64,000 bases of DNA from the human T2T-CHM13v2.0 reference genome, Homo sapiens: the NCBI RefSeq assembly GCF_009914755.1, contig NC_060932.1; one strand, written 5' to 3'. Positions 63,852 to 64,000 of this stretch are shown piece by piece (position 1 is the first letter of the stretch; each line of letters opens with the position of its first letter). The notes below the pieces were generated by a model that ran no database searches, was not told the DNA's origin, and was given only the letters and a program-made list of their open reading frames with translations. A program made the translations under genes and the position numbers.

Positions 63852-64000
<149 letters not shown>

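Overview
Primate, almost certainly human, genomic DNA. The + strand carries coding exons 2-8 of UBXN2B (p37, a p97/VCP cofactor; exon 1 lies upstream of the window), with a ~3.9 kb 3'UTR ending near 34,630. Intron 2 contains a full-length, antisense processed pseudogene of PTPN11/SHP2 (3279-10006) with 5'UTR, CDS, whole 3'UTR, poly(A) remnant, target-site duplication and two later AluY insertions. The rest is repeat-rich: Alus, old L1/L2/MIR, two near-complete MaLR elements and six solo ERV LTRs from different families. From recalled gene order the right half is the UBXN2B-CYP7A1 intergenic region. Most notable points: (1) the pseudogene carries several exact PTPN11 disease alleles (Y63C, A72S, Q79R, P491L, R138X); (2) a ~150 bp inverted duplication brackets the pseudogene; (3) intron 5 holds both an in-frame alternative terminal exon and a sense MaLR LTR able to splice into exon 6, which could split the gene into SEP-side and SHP/UBX-side products; (4) a tight liver transcription-factor motif cluster at ~61.2-61.3 kb. 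I found no clearly new biological system; the functional ideas are hypotheses. Repeat subfamily names are from memory of consensus sequences, not from a RepeatMasker run.
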